Shown in pieces: positions 26,209-39,152 of a DNA stretch of 64,000 nucleotides. Under the pieces are notes generated by a model. The model did no database searches. It was not told where the DNA came from and was given only the letters and a program-made list of their open reading frames with translations. Origin of the DNA: Nageia nagi (Eukaryota; Plantae; Pinophyta); assembly GCA_050084985.1 (NCBI GenBank), contig JBITNC010000001.1, positions 153,078,001-153,142,000 of the forward strand, written 5' to 3'. Made by a program: the position numbers and the translations under genes. The number at the start of each line of letters is the position of its first letter. Within the stretch, counting starts at the first letter, position 1.

Positions 26209-29200
26209 TGTAATGCATCCACCTATTCCTTACATCCAAAATCCTATAATTTTAGACTAATTTTTTTTTTGTCTGATTAACTTATACACTTGAATGATTT
26301 ATGAATGGATCCAAGTGATCCACATGAGCTTATCAATACTGCTATCTAGTCAGCACCCACATGGTAAGAATGCATAAAGTTTGGATTATCCAACCTTAAT
26401 TAAATCTTTTCTAGTGTTCACTCCATAATGTTCACCCCATTGAGGATATGCCTTACATGTGATCCCACCATTTCAACTTCATGAACTATCTAGAAAATAT
26501 TTTAGACATGACATAGTGGTTTCCTAATCAAGGCCCATATCAATTGAAAGAGCTTACATCCACTAGGTTACACATCCTCACTCAATGATAACCCTTTGAT
26601 TTATAGGAGTATATAGTTTATCATAGGAAAAATTCCTTATGAATGGGTAACATCGTTGCCTATGGAATAGTCATCATACTCCTATGTGCTTAATTATGAG
26701 TAGTATGAATAGTAAATTGCCTTCACTTGGTAACCTTAGTTTTATAAATTGCTATGCTCATATGATACTCTTTGGAGGATATGAGGTACTAGCCTACCTA
26801 TATCTATCAACTAGGCTCACCATGGGATCTAGCATCCTTATGTCCATATCTTGGAGAGCCATGGGTATTAAATTAATACCATCTAGTGATTTGTATAGTC
26901 TAATTAATTTTAATTAAGGTTATAAAATAAAAACCACTTATGACCTAATAATCTTAAGATAACTAATCCAAGATCAATTATTAAGAATCTAAGTTCCATG
27001 TTTGTACTATACATGAGGTAACAAATCACATTTTATTTTTATTTTTTAATATCAAAAAGCAAAATATATGTAGGAAGAATATAAACAAGGTTGCTTAGGA
27101 AGTTACATAATATATCTAAAAGTACTACAAGTATCCCATATACATGGCACTGCATAATTAATACTACATTATAAAAGTTCACATGCTAATGCTTAGTAAT
27201 GTGCCTTGAGATGACATTAAAGTCAACTACTTCTATAAAAGAAGTGCTATGTGAAGTGATTCTTAACCAAGGTATATACTTTTGAAATGTTGTTTAGCGA
27301 GAAGGGTTCAATTAATGAATATTCCACACCATTTTTCCTACATTATTGAATCAATCCAAAGTTCATCTTTTTGAGTTTATGCTATCATACTAGCATGTAA
27401 TGTAAGCCATGTTTTGATTTGAACTTCATCCTTCATTGATAGATCCACCCTTTATTTAGATCCATATCAGGGTTTACCATCAAACCTATTTCTTTAATTT
27501 GATCCATTATTAAGTTTATCAATTCAAACTAAATCCTAAGTCTTTTCTCTTTGTTATTGGAAAATAACCCCTAAGTAGACTCATATTATTGATATTACAC
27601 TAACCCCATTTGATCCTATTTTAATCCTTTTTAATACTCAAGGATATCTAGGACTATCTAAACTATTTTCAACTTATTGTTAGGGTGTAAACTAAACACA
27701 TTTATGTCATTGGGTCAAGGTATGTATTTATTAGGGTTACCTTAATGAGTTTTATTTATTCATCAATGTATTTCTTACTATATGTAAGTAATTTTCTAAG
27801 CTCCTATCAATATTCCTTTACAATTATCAAGGAATAATTAATCCTTAGTGTTTACTCTAAAGTTAAGAGTTTCCCATGTACAAGGAGTCCTTTGTCTCTC
27901 TATTTAAATTCTATCTTGGGAGTATCTTAGAACAATGAGATTTATCAATCCTTATAAGATAGAAGATTATGAAATTCATAGAGTACTAAAGTCATCCCTT
28001 AATATTTTTTTAAGAAAAGTTGACTTAACAAGGATTTAAATGATTTAATTCACTTATTTGTTATTCATATTATTGTATTACCTCTTGTCTTCATATGAGA
28101 CTATAGTTCCTATTCTAATATTTAAAAGACTTTAAAAGTTTACACTATAGAGTAAAGTATATCATATATATACTAAATGAACTTTAAAAGTTTCCAAGAA
28201 GTTCTATCAAACTTTTATTCTATTAACTTATTACATGAAGCTATTAAATACATTAATTGAGGAAAAAACTTATCTTTTACAAGAGGGCCCCTTACAAGTT
28301 TTTACATTGATACATAGGAGATATTTCAAATATTAATTTGGAATATTTCAATACTTCATTGTCCTCTTAAAGTAGAGTTCCTCATCTTCATATTTCTAGC
28401 TTCTTCAACAATTCAAAGATGTTAGGATTAGGAACTAAAAAGGTTAGGAGTTTGACGACTAGAAAAACCCTCTTTTCACTTGTGACCATGATGCAAATGT
28501 AATATAACTATATGGTATCTAACTTATTAAAACCATTGTATGAACCTCAAAAAGATTAATGGCTACCTCCCTTGCTTGGTAATATGGTAATTCAACTACA
28601 TAAGCAACTTTATTAAGTTAAATTTATAGATTTCTCATACTACACATCCTTCATACCTCTTATCCATTCTTACTCAATAAATATGTTTTCATAAAATGTT
28701 AATAAACTTTATATAATCAATTCTATTTTCAAAAATAGGTACTTATAGTCATCACATACTATGGATCTTTCATAATTTATTATCTATTAATAAAATTTCA
28801 CTCAACCATACTAATAAAATAGAAGCTTTATGAAATAAATGTCGATATAGAATTCTCTTGTTAAATATTTACTTAAACACTAGTCGCCTTAAACTCTTTC
28901 ATTTTAATACAAGTCAAATATGGAGAAATTCTATGCAAGGTGTGTGCCAAATAGTTGGTTGACATCAATCATAATATTTTTATTGTTGACAAACATAATG
29001 TTCAAACCTAATGAGTCTTTTGTACATAGAGTTAGATAACCCTATTCCTGGTATCTTCCAAAGTGAGGAGATATGGTATTAATTGATAGGGATTCTTATC
29101 GATTTACCCCAACAATGGAGCTATTTATATAAAGCAACATCAAGTGTAAATCCAAACTCTCCAACCTTTGTTAGCATGCTCCTAGTGTGTACCACTTCAT

Positions 29201-29539
29201 GAGCTCAAATAGGTATGAAGATCCATCAAAGAGTAGTTGAAAAAGGTTTTAGATAAAATGTTGAGGTTGAGAGTGCCTAATATATGCAAAATTATATGAA
29301 TGGGAAGGAACAAGGTTTAAAATTAGATTCATTGGTTAAGCATAAAGCTATACTTAAAACCTTTGTCAACATTTTTTTGACATGTGCCATCATGGGAGCT
29401 TGACAAGAAGGTATGAAGTTTTATCAAAGAGTAGTTGAAATGGTTTCTAATTGAATTTTGTGGTTGTGAATGACTATATGTAAGAATTACACAATGATAG
29501 GAATATTAAACAACTTTCATGAACTACAATGATAGTAGG

Positions 29540-30111
29540 TGATGTACCTTCAAACAATCATAACTTTTGACCCAACTATCAGGTCATCTTGAAATTTTGA
29601 GGAGAGCTAGATATGGATTTTCATGATTCAGTTGCCACCTACTCTAGGAGGGATGCCCCCGAATAGAAAGTTTTTTTATCAGCCTAAACCCATCATTTAG
29701 TGCCTAAAAATTAGCTTTTAGTGTCATTTTTTAGGATTTTCCAATAAATAGACTTTAATATCTTTTGTTGTAGAATTTATTTAGGAGAATAAATTGGAAA
29801 ATGGCTTAGTCTATGTTGACTAGGCTTGTTTGCCAAGTTTGGTTGTAATCCAAGGAACTTTCTATTTTTAGAAACTTTCTATCTTTTTATCTTTAGAAAG
29901 TTTCTATTTTTAGTAATGTCTTACTTTTTAGACTGTTCGTTATTTTTTTGGGAGAGTCTCCTTCTTTCTATATTAGCTATTGTAATAGATCTAAAAATGG
30001 TATTATGAATTTTGGAATGAGAAGAGGATTGTTTATAGGTTTTCTTTTGTCTTAATATATTTATGTTATTGGAGCCCATTTTGTTTGTCTTTTGCAGCTG
30101 AATTCACATCA
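29540..30111 (+). repeat. CRM 5' LTR (572 bp)
   Basis: About 85-90% identical to 34657-35227; many differences are CA/TG pairs. Confidence 0.95.
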
Positions 30112-33100
30112 TCTGGTATCAAAGTGGGTGTGATCTCGCTAGTGGAGGGAAGATGCCACCTAGAAGATAAGTTGGGGTGTAGGGAGGGATGTAGCACGTG
30201 CCTATGCCCACATGAATAGGTAGATAGAGGATCTGCATGTAGAAATAGCATTGTTAACTAGTGCAATTAACCGTATTGGGGAGAGGAGACCTCATGCTCC
30301 TTCAAATCTTAGATTTGATAGTGAGAACATGTCTAGGGAAAATATACCTAGTGTTGAGGTGGAGGGAGAACCCCTACATGAAAAAGAAGCAATACAATGT
30401 TTCAATAATAGGCTAATCCAAGACTTGGAAGGGATAAGAGGAAATCAATATGGGATCAAAATTGAGGTTTTTGAGTATGCTAGTGGGTTGAAACTAGAGG
30501 AGTTGATTGATTGGGTAAATAGCATGGAAAGATACTTAGAATGGGGTAATATGGCTAAGGATAAGAAGGTGAAGCTTGCATGCATGAAATTAAATGGGCA
30601 TGCATTGATTTGGTGGGATCATCTATAGGCTTCACAACAAAGAAAGGGAAAAGAGAAGATTAAGGCTTGGGCTAAGATGAAGAAGAAGTTACAAGAGAAA
30701 TTTATTCCTGTAGATTATTCCTAGAACTTATTTTGTAAATTTTAGAATCTTCAATAGAGAGAACATAGTGTTGAAGATTACACTAATGAGTTCTACAAAT
30801 TATCCGTTTGAGTGGAGCATAATGAAATGGATGAGCAGAGAGGTACAAGGTAGGTGAATGGCATATGTTTTTCTATTCAAGATGAGATAAGTATGCACTA
30901 TACTCTTACTATAGAATATGCATACCAAATGGCCTTAAGAGTTGAGGAAAAGCTTTAGAGGCTTAATAGAGAGGGTAAGAAAGGATCAACACCCTCTTCA
31001 AATTAAGGGCATGGTGGATCTAATTTCTCCAAAGGAGAATCATCAACATTTTCCAAAAAGGAGGATCAAGTGGTACAAGGTCAAGATACCTCCCAAAGAG
31101 GAAGAGGGTATCTGAGAGGAAGAGGGAATGGTGGAGGAAGGATAGGTACTAGACCATATAAGCCATTCATCTATTATAGATGTGGAGAGGAAGGTCATAA
31201 AGCATTCAACTGCCCTCAATATGATGCAAAAGAAAGGGGACAAGCAAGGGTCACCTTAGTTGAAGAAGAGGAAGAGAATGAGATAGAAGTCATTATAGAT
31301 ATTGGTGAGATTCTCATGATATGAAGAACCCTCATTATTCCAGATAAGGTAAGCATGCAAGAAGAAGATGATGGAGATTTTTAGTTGTGTAATAATATTT
31401 TTCACACAAGATGCACCTTAGGAGGAAAGGTATGTAACATGGTCATTGATGAGGGTAGTTGTGAAAATTTGGTCTTTGATATCATGGTTGATAAATTAAA
31501 TTTAAAATGTGAAAAACATCCAAATCCCTATCATGTTTCATGGATTAAGAAAAAAAATATAGTAACCATTGATAAGAGGTGTTTGTTCAACTTCTCAATT
31601 GGGAAATCTTACAAGGATGATGTGTAGTGTGATGTGATCCCCATGGATGCATGTCACATTCTATTGGGAAGACCTTGGCAATATGATAGGGATTCTAATC
31701 ATAATGGTAGAAAGAATACTCACACATTTTGGAAGGATGGTGTGAAGGTGATTTTTATGCCTATAAAGGAGGATGGAATGAGCAAGAGCCTATTGGCAAT
31801 GAAGGAATTTCTTCTAGCAATTAAAGAAGTTAGCTTCTATTATGTTTTAATAGCTAGGAAGCTAGAAATAGAGAAAGTGGTTATACCTGCAATAGAAACT
31901 TAGTTGCTAAAAGAATATGAAGATGTCACACCAAAGGATTTGCTAGATGGGTTACCACCAAAGAGGTATATCCAACATCACATGGATTTGATCCCAAGAT
32001 TATCAATTCTAAATTAGGTAGCTTATCAATTGAACCTAACATTGAATGTAGAGTTGAGTAGGCAAGTGATAGATTTGATAAAGAAGGGCTTAGTCAAGGA
32101 GAGTATGATTCCATGTTCAACTCTAGCATTGCTAAACCCAAAGAAAGATGGTTCATGGAGGATGTGTGTGGATAGTAGAGCCATAAACAAGATCACAATA
32201 AAGTATCGATACCATATGCCAAGAGTGGATGACATAATAGATGGATTGGCTAGAGTAAAATGCTTCAATAAAATTGATCTATAGAGTGGTTACTATCAGA
32301 TCAAAATTTGAGAAGGTGATGAATGGAAAATAGCTTTTAAGATAAAAGATGGGTTTGAGTGGACAGTGATGCCATTTGGGTTATCTAATGCACCCAGTAC
32401 ATTTATGTGATTGATGAATAGAGTACTATGAGAATATAATGGTAAATTTATAGTTGTGTATATTGATAATATAGTGATTTAGGATAAAAGTGAATAAGAG
32501 CATTTGCTACATCTAAAATTGATGTTAGATGTGCTCAAGAAGGAGAAACTATATGTCAATTTAAAGAAATGTAGATTTCCTCAAGATAGTTTAGTGTTTT
32601 TGGGATTTGTAATCTTTATATATGGCATAAGAATGGATAATGAAAAAGTGAATGCAATTCTAGAGTGGCCTATTCCATGAACTATAATAGAAGTAAGGGG
32701 ATTTCATGGTTGACTACCTTTTATAGAAAGTTTATCATGAACTTTAGCAGTATAGCTTCCCCTACAATTGAGTGAACAAAGAGGAAGGATTTTGTATAGA
32801 CTAAGGTAGCAATTGAGAGTTTTGAAATATTGAGGAAGGAGGTATCAGAATCCCTTGTTATGGTGTTACCAAATTTTAGTAAGATATTTAAGGTTGATTA
32901 TGATGCCTTGTTTGTTGGGATTGGTAGTGTATTGAGTCAGGAGGGTAACTAGTAGCATTTTTTAGTGTGAAGTTGAATGATGCAAGGAAGAATTACTCTA
33001 CATATGATGTGGAGTTTTATGTAGTTATGCAAGCATTATAGCATTGGAGGCACTACTTAATCTCAAAGGAGTTTGTGTTGTTTACTGATCATGAAGCATT

Positions 33101-34656
33101 GAGGTATGTCAACTCTCAAAAAGTTAAATAGTAGACATGCCAAATGGGTTTCATTTCTACAACAATATTCATTTGTCCTGCAACAAAAATCTGGTAAGCA
33201 AAATAATGTTGCTATTGCATTAAGTAGGAAAGTCTTGTTGGTAACCATTATGGAGAATGTAATGGTGGGATTTGAGGGAATAAAAAATATGTATGAATTT
33301 GATGCTAATTTTGAGAATATTGTGATATAGTGTACGAGTGCAGTAGAAGGTGAGTCCCATCTAATTTTTAAAGAATGGTTACTTATTTAAGGGTACTCAA
33401 TTATGTATTCCCAATGACTCTATGAGAGAGAACATCTTGTAGGAATTACATAGTGGGGGTCTAGCTAGTCATTTTGGAGTAGCCAAAACTATGAATCTTG
33501 TAGAGGAGAAGTATTATTGGCCAAATATGAAAAGAGACATAATCAAGTTTGTCTCTAGATGTAGAGTGTGCCAAATGGCTAAAGGCCATGCACAAAATAC
33601 AAGGTTGTATATGCCACTACCAGTTCCTATAGGACCATGGATCGATCTAAGTATGGATTTTGTGTTAGGATTACCGAAGACATAATGGGTCTTATTCTTT
33701 GATGAGGTTATGTGATTGCATGGTGTCCCAAAGACTATTACTTCTAGTCAAGATACTAAGTTCTTGGGTCATTTTTGGTGAACATTATGGAAGAAGTTAA
33801 ATACCAGGCTATAGTTTAGTAGTGCTTACCATCCATAAATTGATGGGCAAATAAAGGTAGTGAATAGAAGCTTGGGAAACCTCTTACAGTGCATAGTTGG
33901 GGAATATCCAAAATAATGGTATTTCACCTTATCACAAGCTAAATTTGCATATAATAGCTCAGTGAATAAATCAATAGGTAAATCTCCTTTTCAAATTATT
34001 TATGGTCAAAATCCTAGAGGTGTATTAGATCTAGTTGAGTTACTAATGGGGGACCAAGTTAGTGATGATGCAGAAGCATTTGCTAAGCATATCCAAAAAG
34101 TGCAAGAATCAATGAAAGAAAAACTACATAATAGTAATGCTAACTACAAAGAGGTCATTGATGCACATAGAAGGATCAAAGTGTTTAAAGAGGGTGATAT
34201 GGTGATGGTTCATCTTAGAAAAGAACAATTTCCTAAAAGGTAGTATAACAAATTGAAAGTTAAGAAAATTGGACCTTGGAAGATTTTGGAGAAGATCAAT
34301 GACAATGCCTATAAAGTGGAGTTACCTGATGAATTTACTATTTCACTTATTTTTAATGTTTTTGATTTATTTTAGTATCAAGGTACTATTCAGAATGGAG
34401 ATCTATAGGATTTAGTAAATTAGGTACCATAGATGCCTATGAAAAAGAAGGATCGAGTTGCATAAATACTTGATAAGAAGGTGATCACCACTAGACATGG
34501 GAGCTACAACAGATACCTAGTTTAGTTGGAAGGATTACTTTAGTTTTATAACACTTGGGTTTTAGAGTTAGAGCTAAAAAAAATTGACAACCAAAAGCTA
34601 AAAGATTTCATTTCAGTTGAACTCGCGGGAGCTAAGTTCCTTTAACCAGAGGAGAA

Positions 34657-35227
34657 TGATGTACCTTCAAATGATCATAACTTTTGATTTGACTATTGGA
34701 TCATCTTAAAATTTTGAGGAGAGCTAGACATGGTTTTCACTATTCAGCTACCACCTCCTCTAGGAGAGATGCTCCCAAACAAAAAGTTTTCTAATCAGCC
34801 TAAATCCATCACTTAGTGCCTCAAAATTAGCTTTTAATGTCATTTTTCAGGATTTTCCAATAAATAGACTTTAATATATTTTGTTGTAAAATTTGTTTAG
34901 GAGAATAAATTGGGAAATGGCTTAGTCTATGTTAACTGGGCTTGTATGCCAAGCTTGGTTGTAATCTGAGAAACTTTCTATTTTTAGAAACTTTCTATCT
35001 TTCTATCTTTAGAAAGTTTCTATTTTTAGTAATGTCTTGGTTTTTAGACTATTCATTATTTTTGAGGGAGAGTCTCCTTGTTTCTATATTAGCTATTATA
35101 ATAGAACTAAAAAAGGTATTATGAATTCAGGAATGAGAAGAGAATTTTTTATAGGTTTTCTTCTATCTTAATACATTTATGTTATTAGAGCCCATTTTGT
35201 TGGTCTCTTTTAGCTGAATTCACATCA
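34657..35227 (+). repeat. CRM 3' LTR (571 bp)
   Basis: Matches the 5' LTR; degenerate TSD GTAGG/TTATG. Confidence 0.95.
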
Positions 35228-37017
35228 TTATGATATGCATAAGATGGATTTTTTGAAAGTGTGCTAGAGACTTTTAAGTAAACATAATGTTCAAGAAATA
35301 ATTCAAACACTTAAACCCTTATCAATGCTTTTCCATCATTTTCCTTAGAGGTGGGCTTTTCATAGTATGAAGAACCATCAAAAAGTAGATGAAAATGGTT
35401 TCTTATCAAATGATGAGATCAGGATTACCACAATAGTTATTTATGCAAAATGTGAGAGAATACACAAGGTCTATGAATGATATAAATAATGTTTCATTTG
35501 TAGGTTTCAATGCTACCTTGAGATCATATCAGGCAGAAAGAAAAGTAGCCATATAAAAGATTAACAACATTTCCAAACTAAGTTTCTTCAAGGAATCCTG
35601 ATTGGCATTAAAATATTTTTGAAGGGAAGGGAATACAAGAGTGCCAAGGGAAAACTTAGATCATTCACAAGATAGACTCCCATGAATAACATAATATACA
35701 TGAGAGGGACTAGAGTCAGAGGAGCTTTTGATTAAGGTAAGGTAAGATTGGGATTTCTTCCGAGGCATGGACTCCCATTATCTACTCATAATAGAATTAA
35801 TTGACTAGTCTCATCACTTTACTAAAATACATAACACAATTGTACTCAGAAATTACTACCAATAGACTTAAATTAAAGGGAAAAATAATAAGACCACACT
35901 CCTTTACTTTTTAAATAAAATGCAAGTTATTAACCATCACATACAATATATCAAACAAAACAATTAATATATCCTTTCAAATGGTAAAATACCTCTATCA
36001 ACAATTAATTTCATAAACCTTTATCAAATAATCCTTCCATACAACTTATTAAATAACTAAGACTACTTCTTTAACTAGGCATTTTAGCTTTATTATCTAA
36101 AGTACAAAAGAATGCACTTGGACTTGAGAGAGGGAGAGGCTTCTCTTCTTCACCTAACTCTAAACCCAAATCTTGAGAATAAAAATAATGAGATACTAGA
36201 TAATTTTTCTAAGATTCCACCTTTTTACTTATAGCCAAGAAGGTTCAAATGTGTCCAAATAAATATCTACACATCTATTTAATAATTTTTATTGTAGGTC
36301 TTATTAAAGTTATTGATAAGTGTAGTGGAATTAAATACTTTATACCCATTTTATATTAACTAACAAATTAAGGCCAATTATTTCCCATATCTAACATAAG
36401 GAAACAAAATAAGTGGGACATATCTCAATTATTTTAATAACACTAAAATATCTTACAACATCTATAAAGTGATATTAGTCCATTCTAATTATCACTTTTT
36501 AATTTTTACCTTAGTTTACTAACAACCATAAGTAAACATTTAAATTCAAAAGAAGAGAATATTCCTCTCTTTTTGAAATAGTTTCAAAAATATATTGTAA
36601 AATCTTAACACTCATTTACCTAAGATGATTCCTTCATCCTGCACAGTAAAGATATTTGTGCGCACACAGATCCACACATTCCTTATTGATAATCATATTT
36701 TATAATTATGCAATGCAACTATATGATCTATGATGATCATTAGGGTTTGTTAGCAAACCAACACCAATCATTTCCTCACTCTTACCCTTTCATTCTTATC
36801 ACCAATTCACCCTTGGTTCCTTTGGTCTTTTTCCACACTTTTCATCTCAATTTAACCTGTAACTTGTGTCAAAACATCTTAAAGCCAACATCAAATAGAT
36901 ACAAATAAAGCATAGCATTATTCAAACTTATAATCCAATGGCATAATTCAAACTTAATTTCATTTGAATAGTTGATATTACTCAAGTATTAACAATGAGA
37001 TTGGGTGGGTTGTTACA

Positions 37018-37255
37018 TACCACCCCCCCTTAATTATAATATAGTCCCCTATATTCTTTAATACAATCATAATTTAATCATAAAATTTCGATAATACTTC
37101 ACACAATCACTTAAACAAATAGGAAAATTGTCATCTTATGGTGAATTTAGCTTCCCAAGTGGAAGATGATGAAGAATACTTATCCCATTTTACTAGACAC
37201 TCATTAATCTATCATTTGAGACCCTAGTTGAGCCCACAATTCTCTATGGATAAGT
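37018..37255 (-). mobile_element. PPT and chromodomain remnant of the Tekay-like element owning LTR copy B
   Basis: PPT TTAAGGGGGGGTGGTA directly before TGTAAC; peptide ECLVKWDKYSSSSSTWEAKF (~37144-37203). Confidence 0.8.
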
Positions 37256-38230
37256 GGTCACGTATTGAGAGTGTAAATACCATCATGCTTTAGCAAATGA
37301 TCCATTGTAAGTGACTTGTACCAAAATGCATTATACAAAGTGAATTCACCATACAACCACTCCATCTTGAGAGCATATTCAGGATTATATCCTTTCTATA
37401 CAGACTATGATAATTTGGTAACTTAGTTATGGGCCACAAGAGGTATCCATTTCTTGCTTTATATTTTTCAAAGAGGCTTGCATCATTAGGCTCCATTGGG
37501 TGCAGGTATTGTTGGTATTCTAAAGCTAGTTCACTTTTACAGTCTGTGGGTATCTATATTGATTGATCTCTATTTTCATAATTTCATTGACTACTCTTTA
37601 TCATCTTTGACCTTCAAAAGTAGAGCTTTATAGATTTATTAGAGAGAAGATTTATCATCACTTCATTCAAGTTACTTAGGTTTCCCATCCATAGCGTCTC
37701 ATCCCTAAACTAGCTTTTTATGTAGAGACATTCTTTCAGATCACTAATGGCACCAATGTTATGTCTGCCTACCTCCAACACTAGTGGTCTCCTAGCCTAA
37801 GGATTCCCCTTGGCGAACTACGAGTTTGTTCAAATTAGCTTCATGTTGAGATAGACCACAACATTCCAAAACGAGAGAGGACTTATTGACTTTGTTATTG
37901 ATAGGAGGTGGAGAATGAAGAATACTTGATCTTCAAATGTCCTGTCTACTATGAGATTTGAGGATGGTATTATTGCTTGTATAGGGAATCAAGATGCTCC
38001 TTATCCATATGTTTTTGTATCATGACTAGAGATGCCTAGCACTATTCTTGTGAGAGATCATCCTCTTTAGTCGAGTATCTTTAGAGTGATCTACACAGAC
38101 CCCTCTTACCACCAGATTGATCAGCTCTTTGTTCAATCCTATTTCATAACCCATTGTTTGAAAATGGCCCTCAAACAATACTCTTCAGCATACTTATAGT
38201 CTCAAGTCGACTCGACATTATCTCACATCG
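37256..38230 (+). mobile_element. 5'-truncated non-LTR retrotransposon (LINE/RTE-like) 3' end
   Basis: Remnants TIQPLHLESIFRIISFLYRL (~37348-37407) and C-terminal CCHC-like LRVCSN*LHVE...PKRERTY*LCY**EVENEEYLIFKCPVYYEI (~37818-37958). Confidence 0.75.
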
Positions 38231-38592
38231 TACCAACCAGTCACAGCTTGAACGATAGCTATGTATCACCCTAATACTTTATATCATTTAACTATTTTTT
38301 AATCACTTGCTGACATTAAAATATATTTCTATTTCTATTTCTTTGGCTTTAAAAAAGATTACAAAATTGATTATTTATGCTAGTTCATTTGTACTGCTTC
38401 TGTATTCACATAAAGTCCTTCCACTCATCGCACATATATCATATTCAATTCATTAAAAAACTGGCAATTCAAGAGGGTTGCTGTATGTCATGTTGATAAG
38501 ATGTAATCCTTTTTGGTTTGGAAGCTCCACAAATAGCTTTTTTCAACAAGAATTGAATCACGGGTGAATGATTTTAATCCCCAGGCGTAGAA

Positions 38593-38612
38593 TTACAGTT
38601 CAAGCACCACAA
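38593..38612 (-). CDS. LAZY: LAZY-like exon 5 (CCL/EAR-like tail FVVLEL*)
   Basis: ttttgcag acceptor then TT GTG GTG CTT GAA CTG TAA. Confidence 0.9.
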
Positions 38613-38697
38613 CTGCAAAAAGACAAACACCATTACAAATGTGAAAATCAGAGGCAATTCAATAGAGGAAGAATATATGATTAAATATGCTACTTAC

Positions 38698-39043
38698 AGT
38701 CTGAGTTGGATCTGATCCAGTATTGTCGAATTCTCCCAAGAGAGTTGTCTATTGATAATGTATAATATTCTTCACATGATTCATGACTCTCATCTTCATC
38801 TTCATATATATGTGGAGTAATGTTCTTAATGGTAGACGATGTCGTGTTTATTAAGCCTTGGTTGGCATTGATATTGAATGATGACGATCCCTCGACTATC
38901 TCTTCAGGTAGTGAAGTAGCACTTTCACAGCTCAATGTTGAACAACTTGCCTCCCGGTCATGCATGACAGATTTTTGTAATCTCTTCTTTAATGCCTGTA
39001 AGCCAGTTCCCTTGAATATGCTCTTGCCCAACGTAGTTTTCAG
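38698..39043 (-). CDS. LAZY: LAZY-like exon 4
   Basis: Open frame LKTTLGKSIF...RQYWIRSNSD; atcacag acceptor and T|GTAAGT donor. Confidence 0.8.
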
Positions 39044-39152
39044 CTGTGATATCCAAATATGCAGAAAGTGAGACATAATTGACCCAATATCATGATGACT
39101 TTTTGGGTCAATATCATCAATTTGAATTCGTTGTGATTTGTGTTGATGCTAC

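Larger units (their letters stand above)
29540..35227 (+). mobile_element. Full-length decayed Ty3/gypsy chromovirus of the CRM clade with C-terminal chromodomain
   Basis: LTRs 29540-30111 and 34657-35227 (TGATG...CATCA), PBS TGGTATCAAAG at 30114 and PPT AGAGGAGAA at 34648-34656. Gag CYRCGEEGH-like, protease IDEGSCENLV and PMDACHILLGRPWQYDR, RT KKDGSWRMCVDSRAINKIT, integrase PWIDLSMDFVLGLP, chromodomain YNRYLV*LEGL...TWV at ~34450-34560. Confidence 0.95.
29115..35490 (+). pseudogene. PLS-class PPR gene fragment split by the CRM insertion (29115-29539 and 35233-35490)
   Basis: Motifs VNPNSPTFVSML and GMKIHQRVVEKGF. Removing the element rejoins S*TTMIVG|YA*DGFFESVLETFK. Stops and frameshifts throughout. 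Confidence 0.85.
26209..37017 (-). mobile_element. 3' LTR (copy B) of a second Tekay/Del-like element, expanded by an internal PPR fragment and a nested CRM element
   Basis: Termini TGTAATGC at 26209 and GGGTTGTTACA at 37017. Both arms are collinear with LTR copy A. The PPT lies immediately outside (37018-37033). Confidence 0.75.

Noticed and set aside
29060-29080. Second miR390-like site in LTR B
   Set aside because: It requires many assumed deaminations and may simply be a PPR GGATATG remnant.
29855-29915. Heat-shock elements in the CRM LTR (GAAACTTTC/GAAAGTTTC repeats)
   Set aside because: Spacing is GAA-N3-TTC rather than GAA-N2-TTC; ordinary LTR internal repeats.
39078-39117. Hairpin ATTGACCCAA/TTGGGTCAAT in LAZY intron 3 as a miRNA precursor
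   Set aside because: A stem of ~10 bp is too short; likely a local template-switch event.
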